Shown here piece after piece: positions 56,238 through 64,000 of a stretch of 64,000 nucleotides of DNA. Location of the stretch: IMG/VR virus record IMGVR_UViG_3300037455_000543, positions 347,136 through 411,135 of that record; one strand, given 5' to 3'. Numbering within the stretch: position 1 is the first letter of the stretch; every line of letters starts with the position of its first letter. The stretch comes from a virus (taxonomy: Duplodnaviria; Heunggongvirae; Uroviricota; Caudoviricetes). Both the position numbers and the translations under genes were made by a program. The notes beneath the pieces were generated by a model that made no database searches, was not told the origin of the DNA, and saw nothing but the letters and a program-made list of their open reading frames with translations.

Positions 56238-56729
56238 ATGCAGAAACTCTATTGTTTTAGTCGAAAAGGTTTTAATTCCTTTATGTTTGGCAAAGGATGG
56301 ACAGACGAAACTCTGCCCGATAATGTTGCTGTTATCTCTATTTGTTGTACAGAACCGGTTAAGAACAATCTTTTCACTAACCATTATGATGGTAGTGATG
56401 ATACACATCGTTTTTCGTCCAGAAACAACGTTCTGAACCTCGATTTCGATGACATTAATGAAGAAGTAAGACATTGTGACGAAGGTTATATTGCGACCAA
56501 TATAACGAAAGAACAAGCAGATGAAGCGGTCAAGTTTATTGAAGCTCATAAGGATTGTGATTTTTACATCCATTGCAATGCAGGAAAATCCAGAAGTCAG
56601 GCTTTCGTAAAGTATATCATGGAACAATATCCGGATATTGAATGGGAAACGAATCCGTTTAATCTGTGTCTTTATCCGAATGTCTATGTTTCTAATATGC
56701 TTAAGCGTTCTGCAAGGGAAGTATTATGA
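56238..56729 (+). CDS. Cx5R protein-tyrosine/dual-specificity-like phosphatase
   Basis: IHCNAGKSRS, LDFDD, YPN. Confidence 0.85.
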   Translation: MQKLYCFSRKGFNSFMFGKGWTDETLPDNVAVISICCTEPVKNNLFTNHYDGSDDTHRFSSRNNVLNLDFDDINEEVRHCDEGYIATNITKEQADEAVKFIEAHKDCDFYIHCNAGKSRSQAFVKYIMEQYPDIEWETNPFNLCLYPNVYVSNMLKRSAREVL

Positions 56730-57052
56730 TAGCTGATGAACTTAGAGAGATTCAAAATAAAAGATACAGCTTAAATCCTGACTATTTTAATGACTGCGTT
56801 AGATATATTAATAGAGATTTAAGAGCGTTTGCAAAAGAGCATAGAGAAACGACTCTTCAATATCCTATTCTTAAGGGCGAATTTATATTATACAGGCAAG
56901 ATTCAAACTATCTGCCTGGTGATACTGGAATTTGTAAAGTTTCTATTGATATGTTTGACGCATTATCTGAATATTATCATAAAGAAGGCATTACTGTTAC
57001 GTGGATATATGATCGATATCAGAAAAACGGTAGTATAGCATTTACATGGTAA
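56726..57052 (+). CDS. hypothetical protein
   Basis: ATGA coupling. Confidence 0.7.
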   Translation: MIADELREIQNKRYSLNPDYFNDCVRYINRDLRAFAKEHRETTLQYPILKGEFILYRQDSNYLPGDTGICKVSIDMFDALSEYYHKEGITVTWIYDRYQKNGSIAFTW

Positions 57053-57066
57053 TTTAAGGAGAAAAT

Positions 57067-57288
57067 ATGGGTTTAAAGAATTTTTTATTCGGAACATATT
57101 GGTTTGTTCATTATAAGGCATATAAGGAAAATAGTGGTCTAGGACCACGTATAGAAGGTTATATAACGGTCAATACTTCTGCGACTGGTCATAATCTAGT
57201 TAAATATATTAAATCGCAAGTAATGTTAGAATTAGAAGACGAAAGTTGTAAAAAAGTTATTATTACTAATATATCAAAGCTGGAGTAA
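57067..57288 (+). CDS. hypothetical protein
   Basis: SD AAGGAG. Confidence 0.65.
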   Translation: MGLKNFLFGTYWFVHYKAYKENSGLGPRIEGYITVNTSATGHNLVKYIKSQVMLELEDESCKKVIITNISKLE

Positions 57289-57290
57289 AA

Positions 57291-57521
57291 ATGGCTATAT
57301 ATGTTCCTGAAGGTAGAGAACCGCCATACTATGTTGATTCTCGTGGCTGGCGAGAATCTAAAAATGGACCTATATATCCAACCTTAGAAGAAGCTAATCG
57401 AGCTAGACGAATGAAAGGTAATCCATATTACAGTTCATTAACAAAAGAAGCAAATATATCTGCAATATGGATTATTATTTTTATGCTAGTTCTTATTATA
57501 TTTGCTGTAATAGTAATTTAA
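57291..57521 (+). CDS. tail-anchored membrane protein
   Basis: C-terminal TM segment. Confidence 0.65.
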   Translation: MAIYVPEGREPPYYVDSRGWRESKNGPIYPTLEEANRARRMKGNPYYSSLTKEANISAIWIIIFMLVLIIFAVIVI

Positions 57522-57536
57522 ATAAAGGAAATAAAA

Positions 57537-57800
57537 ATGGCTGAATTGTTTAAAAACCAGGATTATACAAGTCGTGGATTTCCATATAAGGAGTTTACGG
57601 ATAGGTATGGTGCAACTTGTTCTATGCAGATGAGTTCTATTGCAACTGAACCATGTCTTTGGTTAGGCGTGAATCAAGAACAGTCTGAGCAGTTTAAAGA
57701 AAGGTTTAAATCTTGTCCTTATACAAGAATGCACTTGACATATGAGCAAGTTCAAAAATTGGTTGAAGATTTACAAATGTGGTTGGATAATGTCGAATAA
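57537..57800 (+). CDS. conserved phage hypothetical protein
   Basis: RGF..EFTDRYG..CSMQMSS.A..CLWLG...RMHLT.EQV. Confidence 0.75.
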   Translation: MAELFKNQDYTSRGFPYKEFTDRYGATCSMQMSSIATEPCLWLGVNQEQSEQFKERFKSCPYTRMHLTYEQVQKLVEDLQMWLDNVE

Positions 57801-58278
57801 AACTTTAAAAGAACTATATGGCGATTTTTGGAAAGAGTTTCAGAAGTTCATTACAGAAGTGTCTTTTGGAATTTTATGCTTATTTCCAATACTTTTATTC
57901 TTTGCATATTTGTTTGTTTTAGGTGAAGAAGTACCTGCAACATTAGACTGTATATTGGCAGTTGTATTTAATCTTGTATATGTGCCATTGCCTGCATGGC
58001 TATGGGTGCATCGACATTATAGTTATACTGTTCCAGAGTATGTATTAGCAGTTTTAAAGTTTTATTTTTGCACATGTCCACTACTCATGGTGATGATATG
58101 CGTTCCATTCTTGGTGCTATTTTTACCAATCTGGGTATCTATATTGATGGTATTTTTATTAGGCTGTTCAAAGACTGTAGGCGCAATAGTTATAGTGAGC
58201 GGAATTGTGCTTAATGTGCCTTGGGGACCTTTTGGGACATGGCTAATGAATAAGATATTCGATCTTTGTCCAAATTAA
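57790..58278 (+). CDS. membrane protein
   Basis: Four or more TM segments. Confidence 0.7.
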   Translation: MSNKTLKELYGDFWKEFQKFITEVSFGILCLFPILLFFAYLFVLGEEVPATLDCILAVVFNLVYVPLPAWLWVHRHYSYTVPEYVLAVLKFYFCTCPLLMVMICVPFLVLFLPIWVSILMVFLLGCSKTVGAIVIVSGIVLNVPWGPFGTWLMNKIFDLCPN

Positions 58279-58327
58279 GTTTACAAAACAATAAAAAATT
58301 ACTATATTTAATAAAGAGGTAAATAAA

Positions 58328-58567
58328 ATGAAAGAAATGGGTGAAGTTGTAATATTTATTGCTATTTTATGTGCATTACTTATTGCTGGTTTAAAGATTG
58401 CTGGTACTTATAGTGCTAGTTATTTTACAGAACAAACTGGATTGGAAGCAAAGTGTAATGTTCTTTCTGAATGCTATGTAAAGCAAGATTCATCTTGGAT
58501 TCCATATAAGGTTTGGGCCTTGCAGCAGCAGGGAAATAAGGTTCAGCTTATTGACTCGAATAAGTAA
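58328..58567 (+). CDS. small membrane or exported protein
   Basis: N-terminal TM segment; own promoter. Confidence 0.7.
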   Translation: MKEMGEVVIFIAILCALLIAGLKIAGTYSASYFTEQTGLEAKCNVLSECYVKQDSSWIPYKVWALQQQGNKVQLIDSNK

Positions 58568-58568
58568 T

Positions 58569-58859
58569 ATGATAAATATTCTTAAAAAGATAAATGTATT
58601 TGATTGCGATTCTTTTGCAAAATATATATTCTGGTTAATCTGGGATCTAGGTTTTGCAATATTCGATTTTATAGTAACGCAGGGTATAATAGGATATAGT
58701 TGTGGTATATTGATGTGTGGATGCTTTATAATACATTTAAAACGTTTCATTGAATTTAGACGAGAACAAAAAGAAAAAGTTAGACAGTTAGTTAATGATT
58801 TTATGGATTGGTTTCCAGAACATTATAAGAAAATGAAAGAACAGGAAAATAATGTCTGA
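58569..58859 (+). CDS. membrane protein
   Basis: Two TM segments. Confidence 0.65.
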   Translation: MINILKKINVFDCDSFAKYIFWLIWDLGFAIFDFIVTQGIIGYSCGILMCGCFIIHLKRFIEFRREQKEKVRQLVNDFMDWFPEHYKKMKEQENNV

Positions 58860-59454
58860 TTTTCTATCAAAAAATGAAATGAAAAAACATAAAATTAGGG
58901 AATTGGAAAAACGATTCCTTAATTTTGATTTATCGGGTTCTGACAATGATGGGATATTAGAATCTTCTTGGTGTAATTGTAAAATTACAGAACCTAATAA
59001 TCAGAAGCTGTATATTCATATTTCTAATCTTTTTGCAAATACCGTATATCCTGAAGGATATAAAATAATGAGCATATCTCCTGATAAGGAATCAGCGGTT
59101 CATTTAGCAAATAGTTTGGTTTTACCTAAACCGATTTATGTTACAAAGGTTTTGTTGCCAAATAATAAAGAAATATGCAAAGGTGATTTGTTATTCAAGT
59201 ATAAGGAGTTACCAAAGACTATATTTTCTAAAATGTTCAATAGCCAGTCTTGTTATATATCGTATAATACATATAGAGAACTTGACTATTTTGTAAATTG
59301 GTTTAGAAACGATTTTAAGTGTGGTGATAATATTCCAATGGGTAAATTATTCGCGGCACATAGACGTTATCGAGAAGAAAGAAAAACAGTAAAATTTATG
59401 CCTTATGATTTTTTAAATGTATATGAAAAAACAGATACATATTTGTATGTATAA
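58852..59454 (+). CDS. hypothetical protein
   Basis: 200 aa, in operon. Confidence 0.7.
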   Translation: MSDFLSKNEMKKHKIRELEKRFLNFDLSGSDNDGILESSWCNCKITEPNNQKLYIHISNLFANTVYPEGYKIMSISPDKESAVHLANSLVLPKPIYVTKVLLPNNKEICKGDLLFKYKELPKTIFSKMFNSQSCYISYNTYRELDYFVNWFRNDFKCGDNIPMGKLFAAHRRYREERKTVKFMPYDFLNVYEKTDTYLYV

Positions 59455-59465
59455 ATAAATATCTT

Positions 59466-59648
59466 ATGTTATTTTGGTTTTTAATAATTTGTTGGATTGT
59501 AATGATTATCACGACTATCGTGGGTGTTTATAATATTGCAAAGTTGAAAATGGAGTTTATTGAGAAATCTGCATACATTTTACCGGTTGTAGTTTTATTC
59601 TGTGCAGGTTCTTACTGTTTTTATAGGCTTATAATAGGTAGTGTATGA
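59466..59648 (+). CDS. small membrane protein
   Basis: Two TM segments. Confidence 0.6.
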   Translation: MLFWFLIICWIVMIITTIVGVYNIAKLKMEFIEKSAYILPVVVLFCAGSYCFYRLIIGSV

Positions 59649-60043
59649 GGAAAAATCAAAAGTTTACACCGATTAGCATTGCAGCAGTAAAAAAGATTTG
59701 TGAGGAAGCAGGTCTTTTATCAGCGGTCTCTGAATTTGCTAAAGGTATTGTAGGAGATTTTGAAAGCGAATGCTCAGCAACTATTGGCTACGGTTTAGAT
59801 AAAAGAACTGCGGCCGATGCACCTGTTGTCTTGATTTATGAAGACAATACATTTGAATTGAATCAAGATCCTCATATTTGTAAAGATACATATAGAGACG
59901 GGACAACTGAAATATTCTATGAATGCGGAAGTCAGAATAATTATATAGGAAGTGTCGAAAGATTTAAAAAGTTTTTCTATATTGCATTAGAGAAACACAA
60001 AAAAGTTTACGAAGAATATAAAAGGTTGGTTAAACATGGATAA
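59645..60043 (+). CDS. hypothetical protein
   Basis: ATGA coupling. Confidence 0.7.
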   Translation: MRKNQKFTPISIAAVKKICEEAGLLSAVSEFAKGIVGDFESECSATIGYGLDKRTAADAPVVLIYEDNTFELNQDPHICKDTYRDGTTEIFYECGSQNNYIGSVERFKKFFYIALEKHKKVYEEYKRLVKHG

Positions 60044-60308
60044 TTGTAGATGCCCGACTTGTAGGCATATTAAAGGCGAGATTTCTAATGAAGAATATGC
60101 TTGGTATCTTAAAGGTTGTATCGAGACAGCAACAAGAATTTTAAAGACTTATGATAATAAGAATGAGAATCAGACAATCTCATGGAGAACTGCAGCACAA
60201 TATGAGCTAGATAACCAAGTGTTATCGTTAGACCAACTAGTTGAAGCTATGGATAATCCGGATCCAGCATTATTACATCCGGAAGATTACGTTTTAAAAA
60301 CAGAATAA
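60036..60308 (+). CDS. hypothetical protein
   Basis: CxCxxC N-terminus. Confidence 0.65.
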   Translation: MDNCRCPTCRHIKGEISNEEYAWYLKGCIETATRILKTYDNKNENQTISWRTAAQYELDNQVLSLDQLVEAMDNPDPALLHPEDYVLKTE

Positions 60309-61219
60309 TGAAATACTTTGTAATATCAGATTTACATTTTGACTTTTATGAAGCGTATGCCGTAGAACCGGCACGTTTGAAGAAAGCTGATCCTCCAGAA
60401 GATGTAACAATCGACACTCTGGAGTATATTTGGAATACTCATTTCCTTCCTGAAACAGAAGGTATTATTCTCGGCGGTGATTATTCAAACGATTATTTGC
60501 GTTTCTCTCGATTTATTCCTTGGATTGCTAAAAAATACAAGGAAGTTTATCTCGTATTGGGAAATCATGATTTAACATGTCGTGGACTCGCCACTAGTTC
60601 TAAGTCAAACTTGCAATTTACTTGTACTGAACAAAAAATTGCAAAGATGAAAGAAATTTGCGACGCTATTCCTAATATACATTTCCTTGAAGGTAATGTA
60701 GTCAATGGAATTGGCGGTTGTATGGGCATGTGTGATTTCAAGTGTGAAATTCCACATTATGGCTTAGATCCATTCACTAACTGGAAGCGGAATTGGTATG
60801 ACGGTAAATATTGGCGTTATTTCCGTCAAGAACCTGGTGCAATCTGGAACCATTATGAAAAGATGATGATGGACATTGTTCAACAGAAGCCAAAAGTAAT
60901 GGTAACTCACTTTATGCCTATTCAGTTGGGAATTCCTCATGAGTATCGCAATGACCCATGGAATTATGTTTTCTATTTCAATGCTGAAAAGTTCCTTGAT
61001 GAACTTGATGATGAAACATATTGGATATGTGGTCATACTCATGGCAAGAGGATGGCTGAATATGTAAATGCTAAAGGAAATTTAATTCATATCATGTGTA
61101 ATCCTTTTGGATATCCAAACGATTATATGCCATACTGTGATATTCTTGATTATACCGGAGAAAAATTACAACGGCTTGAAACTCGCAAGACACATGAAGA
61201 TTTTATTATAGAATTTTAA
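60308..61219 (+). CDS. calcineurin-like metallophosphoesterase
   Basis: ISDLHFD, GGD, GNHD, VTHFMP, CGHTH, NPFGYP. Confidence 0.9.
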   Translation: MKYFVISDLHFDFYEAYAVEPARLKKADPPEDVTIDTLEYIWNTHFLPETEGIILGGDYSNDYLRFSRFIPWIAKKYKEVYLVLGNHDLTCRGLATSSKSNLQFTCTEQKIAKMKEICDAIPNIHFLEGNVVNGIGGCMGMCDFKCEIPHYGLDPFTNWKRNWYDGKYWRYFRQEPGAIWNHYEKMMMDIVQQKPKVMVTHFMPIQLGIPHEYRNDPWNYVFYFNAEKFLDELDDETYWICGHTHGKRMAEYVNAKGNLIHIMCNPFGYPNDYMPYCDILDYTGEKLQRLETRKTHEDFIIEF

Positions 61220-61232
61220 TTTAAGGTGAATT

Positions 61233-61811
61233 ATGAATACAGAATGTTTAAAACTTTTAGGTAATTTTACAGGTGAGGATGAAGTTAAGTTCTTACGATA
61301 TGTTTCTGTAATGGGCGTAGAAAATAAGTTTGAACTCGGATGGGTTTGGGGTGGTTTGTCAACTTTTAAGAATGATTTTAATGAATCGAATGAAAACGAA
61401 CTCAATCAGTTCATATGGGATAATGTTAAAAAGATTGCAGTAAAATCGGTCTTTAATGAAAAAGACTATAAGGATAGTAGAATATTAAGTCCGTTTATAT
61501 TTACCCAATGTAATACATTAGCAACGACAACTAGAAGAACCTCTGGAAATACAATTGTATATAATAACCAGTTCAAACCATATCTTGAAAAATTAGCACC
61601 TGTTTATAATAGCGAGCTAGATTCTTTTAACAATGTCATAAACTGCTATAATTCGCATCTGGACGGAGAAAAACCTGAAGCTATAATTACATATGTCGGA
61701 GCCAAAAATACTGATTCTGGACTAGGTTATGTGCAACAGGGGAAAGGTTATGAATTTTTCTTCGATGTTCCAGGTGCAGACAAATATTATAGGTTAATTA
61801 CTATTGAGTAG
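61233..61811 (+). CDS. hypothetical protein
   Basis: SD AAGGTGA. Confidence 0.75.
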   Translation: MNTECLKLLGNFTGEDEVKFLRYVSVMGVENKFELGWVWGGLSTFKNDFNESNENELNQFIWDNVKKIAVKSVFNEKDYKDSRILSPFIFTQCNTLATTTRRTSGNTIVYNNQFKPYLEKLAPVYNSELDSFNNVINCYNSHLDGEKPEAIITYVGAKNTDSGLGYVQQGKGYEFFFDVPGADKYYRLITIE

Positions 61812-61820
61812 GAGGATAAA

Positions 61821-62009
61821 ATGGCTAATGAAACAAAACCAACAGTAAGAATCAATTGTTGCAGTCTACCGTTATTGATTGGTATAACGGGCGCAGTCTG
61901 TGTAAGCTGGATTTTTAATCATTCTGTCTTATGGGCAATTTTACACGGTTGTCTTAACTGGTTCTATCTTGCTTATAAGGCTATTTGGTACGTTGTGACC
62001 AATTTTTAA
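61821..62009 (+). CDS. small membrane protein
   Basis: SW..NHSVLWAILHG...WFYLAY. Confidence 0.7.
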   Translation: MANETKPTVRINCCSLPLLIGITGAVCVSWIFNHSVLWAILHGCLNWFYLAYKAIWYVVTNF

Positions 62010-62026
62010 TTGTAAAAGGTTATGAA

Positions 62027-62476
62027 ATGATAACTAAAGAAGAAGTTGAACAGACTCTGGACAGCTATAAAAAGCTTGTTACACGTGCCCAGCATGTGTA
62101 TAATCGTCTTTATACTGAGTTATACAGTAAGTATGGTAGAAATCAATATGATGCTGAGCCTGAGCTTTTCCTCGGTATCGAAAGCGGATATGATCTGCAA
62201 GTCAAGCCTTCGGATTATCCGGAAAATATTGATTTCGGTACTCCTGACCATGATCGCGACGGTGATTATATCGGTTTTTGCACCTTTAAAAAGGAATTCC
62301 TTTATAACGATGAAGCACTAACTGAATATATCAAGTCTGAAATTGAAAAGCATGAAGAAGTACAGAAGCGTCAGCGTGCAGCGGAAGCAGAGAAACGTAA
62401 GCGTGCTGCAGAAAAGAAAGAAGCTGAAGAACGAGCGCTTTATGAAAAATTAAAAGCTAAATATGAAGCTAACTAA
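62027..62476 (+). CDS. hypothetical protein (paralog of 20884)
   Basis: Charged tail ERALYEKLKAKYE. Confidence 0.75.
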   Translation: MITKEEVEQTLDSYKKLVTRAQHVYNRLYTELYSKYGRNQYDAEPELFLGIESGYDLQVKPSDYPENIDFGTPDHDRDGDYIGFCTFKKEFLYNDEALTEYIKSEIEKHEEVQKRQRAAEAEKRKRAAEKKEAEERALYEKLKAKYEAN

Positions 62477-62485
62477 GATAGTCTT

Positions 62486-62689
62486 ATGAAAAAGAACAAA
62501 TGGATTTCTGTAAAAGATAAATTGCCAGATACGAATAGAAATGTTCTTGTCGTATCTTGTGGAAAGGTATGTATTGGTGATTTTGAATCAGTAATAAATA
62601 AGCAGTGGTGGGTAAACGATAGCGAAGGTTATCATAAGACCATGGCTGTTACTTACTGGATGGAATTACCAGAACTACCAGAAGATTAA
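62486..62689 (+). CDS. DUF551 family protein
   Basis: WISVKDKLP...VLV...VTYWMELPELP. Confidence 0.85.
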   Translation: MKKNKWISVKDKLPDTNRNVLVVSCGKVCIGDFESVINKQWWVNDSEGYHKTMAVTYWMELPELPED

Positions 62690-62729
62690 CATGTATAAAA
62701 TTAAAAAACATAAAGTGAGGAAAAATAAA

Positions 62730-62921
62730 ATGGGTGTAATCGAAATTTGGTCGATTCTAGCAGTAGTATTGCATTTCTGTGGCGTTGGCGCCTTCGCGGA
62801 ATGGCCTGTAATCGCAGGTCCGTTAACTTGGAGTTGCCTCTGCCTTGAAATATGGGTATTTATTGTTTATTTCGTAATACTTGCCCTTGTATTCTTAGGC
62901 GCAGTATTCTCGAAAAAGTAA
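62730..62921 (+). CDS. small membrane protein
   Basis: Two TM segments. Confidence 0.65.
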   Translation: MGVIEIWSILAVVLHFCGVGAFAEWPVIAGPLTWSCLCLEIWVFIVYFVILALVFLGAVFSKK

Positions 62922-62986
62922 TCAAAAATTTACAAATTAAAAAATGACCGTTGACAAGACGGTTATTTTTTATTATATTTTATAAT

Positions 62987-63145
62987 ATGGGTAAAAAGAA
63001 AGAAAAAGAGCCTGTAACGCCAGATTATACAGTCTATATCGAGGTTTGGGATTCTGACAGGAAACCTCATAGATATAAAATCGATAAAGACGGCGAATTT
63101 ACAATTCGTGGCGGAAATGCTGTTGAACCTAAGCAGGGAGAATAA
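62987..63145 (+). CDS. small hypothetical protein
   Basis: Leaderless after a TTGACA stem-loop promoter. Confidence 0.55.
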   Translation: MGKKKEKEPVTPDYTVYIEVWDSDRKPHRYKIDKDGEFTIRGGNAVEPKQGE

Positions 63146-63146
63146 T

Positions 63147-63650
63147 ATGTCAAGGACAAACGGATTATATGTTGGTTCATTTGACCCGCTTACTGTTGGT
63201 CATATGGATATTATTAAAAGAGCTGCAAAACTATTTGATTTGCTTTATGTAGGTATTGCCACCAATTCTACAAAGAACTATTTATTTACCGAACCCGAAC
63301 GTTATAAGATGGTTCAAGAAGCAATAAGATATCAAGGAATAGGCAATGCTTCAATTATTAGTGTTCCTGATCAAATGACGACAGATGTAATGATTAACTA
63401 TAATATTCAGACATTGGTCAGAGGAGTTCGTAATTCTAAAGACATGGAAGATGAATATATATTGAATCAATATTATACGAATCTTAAGTATGATATGGAA
63501 GAAATTATATTGTTTAGTAGATTTCCAGCTGTTAGTTCGACATTTGTAAAAGAATGCATTAAGTATGGTAAATTTGAACGCCTTGATGAAAAATCGCTAT
63601 TTGTACCAGCTAATGTGTCAAGTATGATTTTAGATAGATTTAAGAGATAG
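63147..63650 (+). CDS. coaD: phosphopantetheine adenylyltransferase
   Basis: YVGSFDPLTVGHMDIIKRA, NSTK..LFT..ER, LVRGVR..D..E, VSSTFVKE. Confidence 0.85.
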   Translation: MSRTNGLYVGSFDPLTVGHMDIIKRAAKLFDLLYVGIATNSTKNYLFTEPERYKMVQEAIRYQGIGNASIISVPDQMTTDVMINYNIQTLVRGVRNSKDMEDEYILNQYYTNLKYDMEEIILFSRFPAVSSTFVKECIKYGKFERLDEKSLFVPANVSSMILDRFKR

Positions 63651-63654
63651 TAGT

Positions 63655-64000
63655 ATGGCAAGAAAGAAAAGCGAAAATTGTTCTGATGTTATTCAGATTC
63701 TTGGCGGTGCAAATCATGATACCGTTCGAGAAGATGAAGATTTCTATGCCACTCCTACAATGGCAGTTCAAAAACTTATCGATTCTTTCGGTCCTGTATT
63801 GAAAATCGATAATGCAACGATATTTGATCCGTGTGTAGGTAAAGGTCATATCTTAAAACCGTTCAGGGACCAGAAATACAATGTTGCTGGAACAGATTTA
63901 ATATCAAGAACTGATTTATGGGATTCACATATTGAATATCAAGGCGGTCAGGATTTTTTGAGTAGAATAGAACCTTTTCATGGTTGTAATATCGTAACAA
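63655..64000 (+). CDS. DNA adenine methyltransferase (partial, runs off the window)
   Basis: Translated by hand: DFYATP, IFDPCVGKGHI, TDL, QDFL, NIVT ending just before the expected NPP motif. Confidence 0.8.
   Translation, partial: MARKKSENCSDVIQILGGANHDTVREDEDFYATPTMAVQKLIDSFGPVLKIDNATIFDPCVGKGHILKPFRDQKYNVAGTDLISRTDLWDSHIEYQGGQDFLSRIEPFHGCNIVT

Noticed and set aside
9805-62987. Upstream starts given in the ORF track (9805, 11394, 42372, 49108, 62951)
   Set aside because: These TTG/ATG codons fall inside promoter elements (TTGAC or the hairpin); the downstream ATGs fit better.
1-64000. Stop-codon reassignment (TAG or TGA) as seen in some gut jumbo phages
   Set aside because: Code-11 ORFs tile the window, conserved enzymes are full length, and TAA, TGA and TAG all end genes at sensible positions.
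1-64000. CRISPR array, tRNA genes, integrase, transposase or reverse transcriptase
   Set aside because: I saw no regularly spaced repeat-spacer units, cloverleaf/T-loop signatures or relevant protein motifs.

Overview
This window is part of a large, AT-rich dsDNA phage genome that looks like a T4-related jumbo phage. It is gene-dense, uses standard genetic code 11, and is transcribed almost entirely on the + strand after a divergent switch at about 2.2 kb. Recognisable genes: a DUF2201/vWA protein with a MoxR AAA ATPase and a zincin, a Gp88-like protein, an AAA ATPase, a split adenine methyltransferase with its halves in swapped order, HNH and GIY-YIG nucleases, a T4-like sliding clamp (gp45) and clamp loader (gp44), a P-loop kinase, a HAD nucleotidase, dCMP deaminase, a PspA-like protein, NADAR, SLOG, a nucleoside-deoxyribosyltransferase-like/phosphoesterase fusion, a Cx5R phosphatase, a metallophosphoesterase, CoaD, and a second methyltransferase cut off by the window edge. 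About 100 further ORFs are small hypothetical or membrane proteins. The most notable structure is non-coding. There is a repeated sigma70-like promoter (TTGAC/TTTA-17 nt-TATATT) whose -35 often lies inside a terminator-like hairpin. About 22 copies carry an ACTG box 50-52 nt (mostly 51) upstream of the CTATATT, and many transcripts appear leaderless. A structured ~320-nt non-coding transcript candidate lies at about 41.0-41.3 kb, and there are TAACA arrays with 11-bp spacing. An FCB-group host (possibly Fibrobacter-like) is inferred, not shown. All family calls come from motif recognition by eye; no searches were run.
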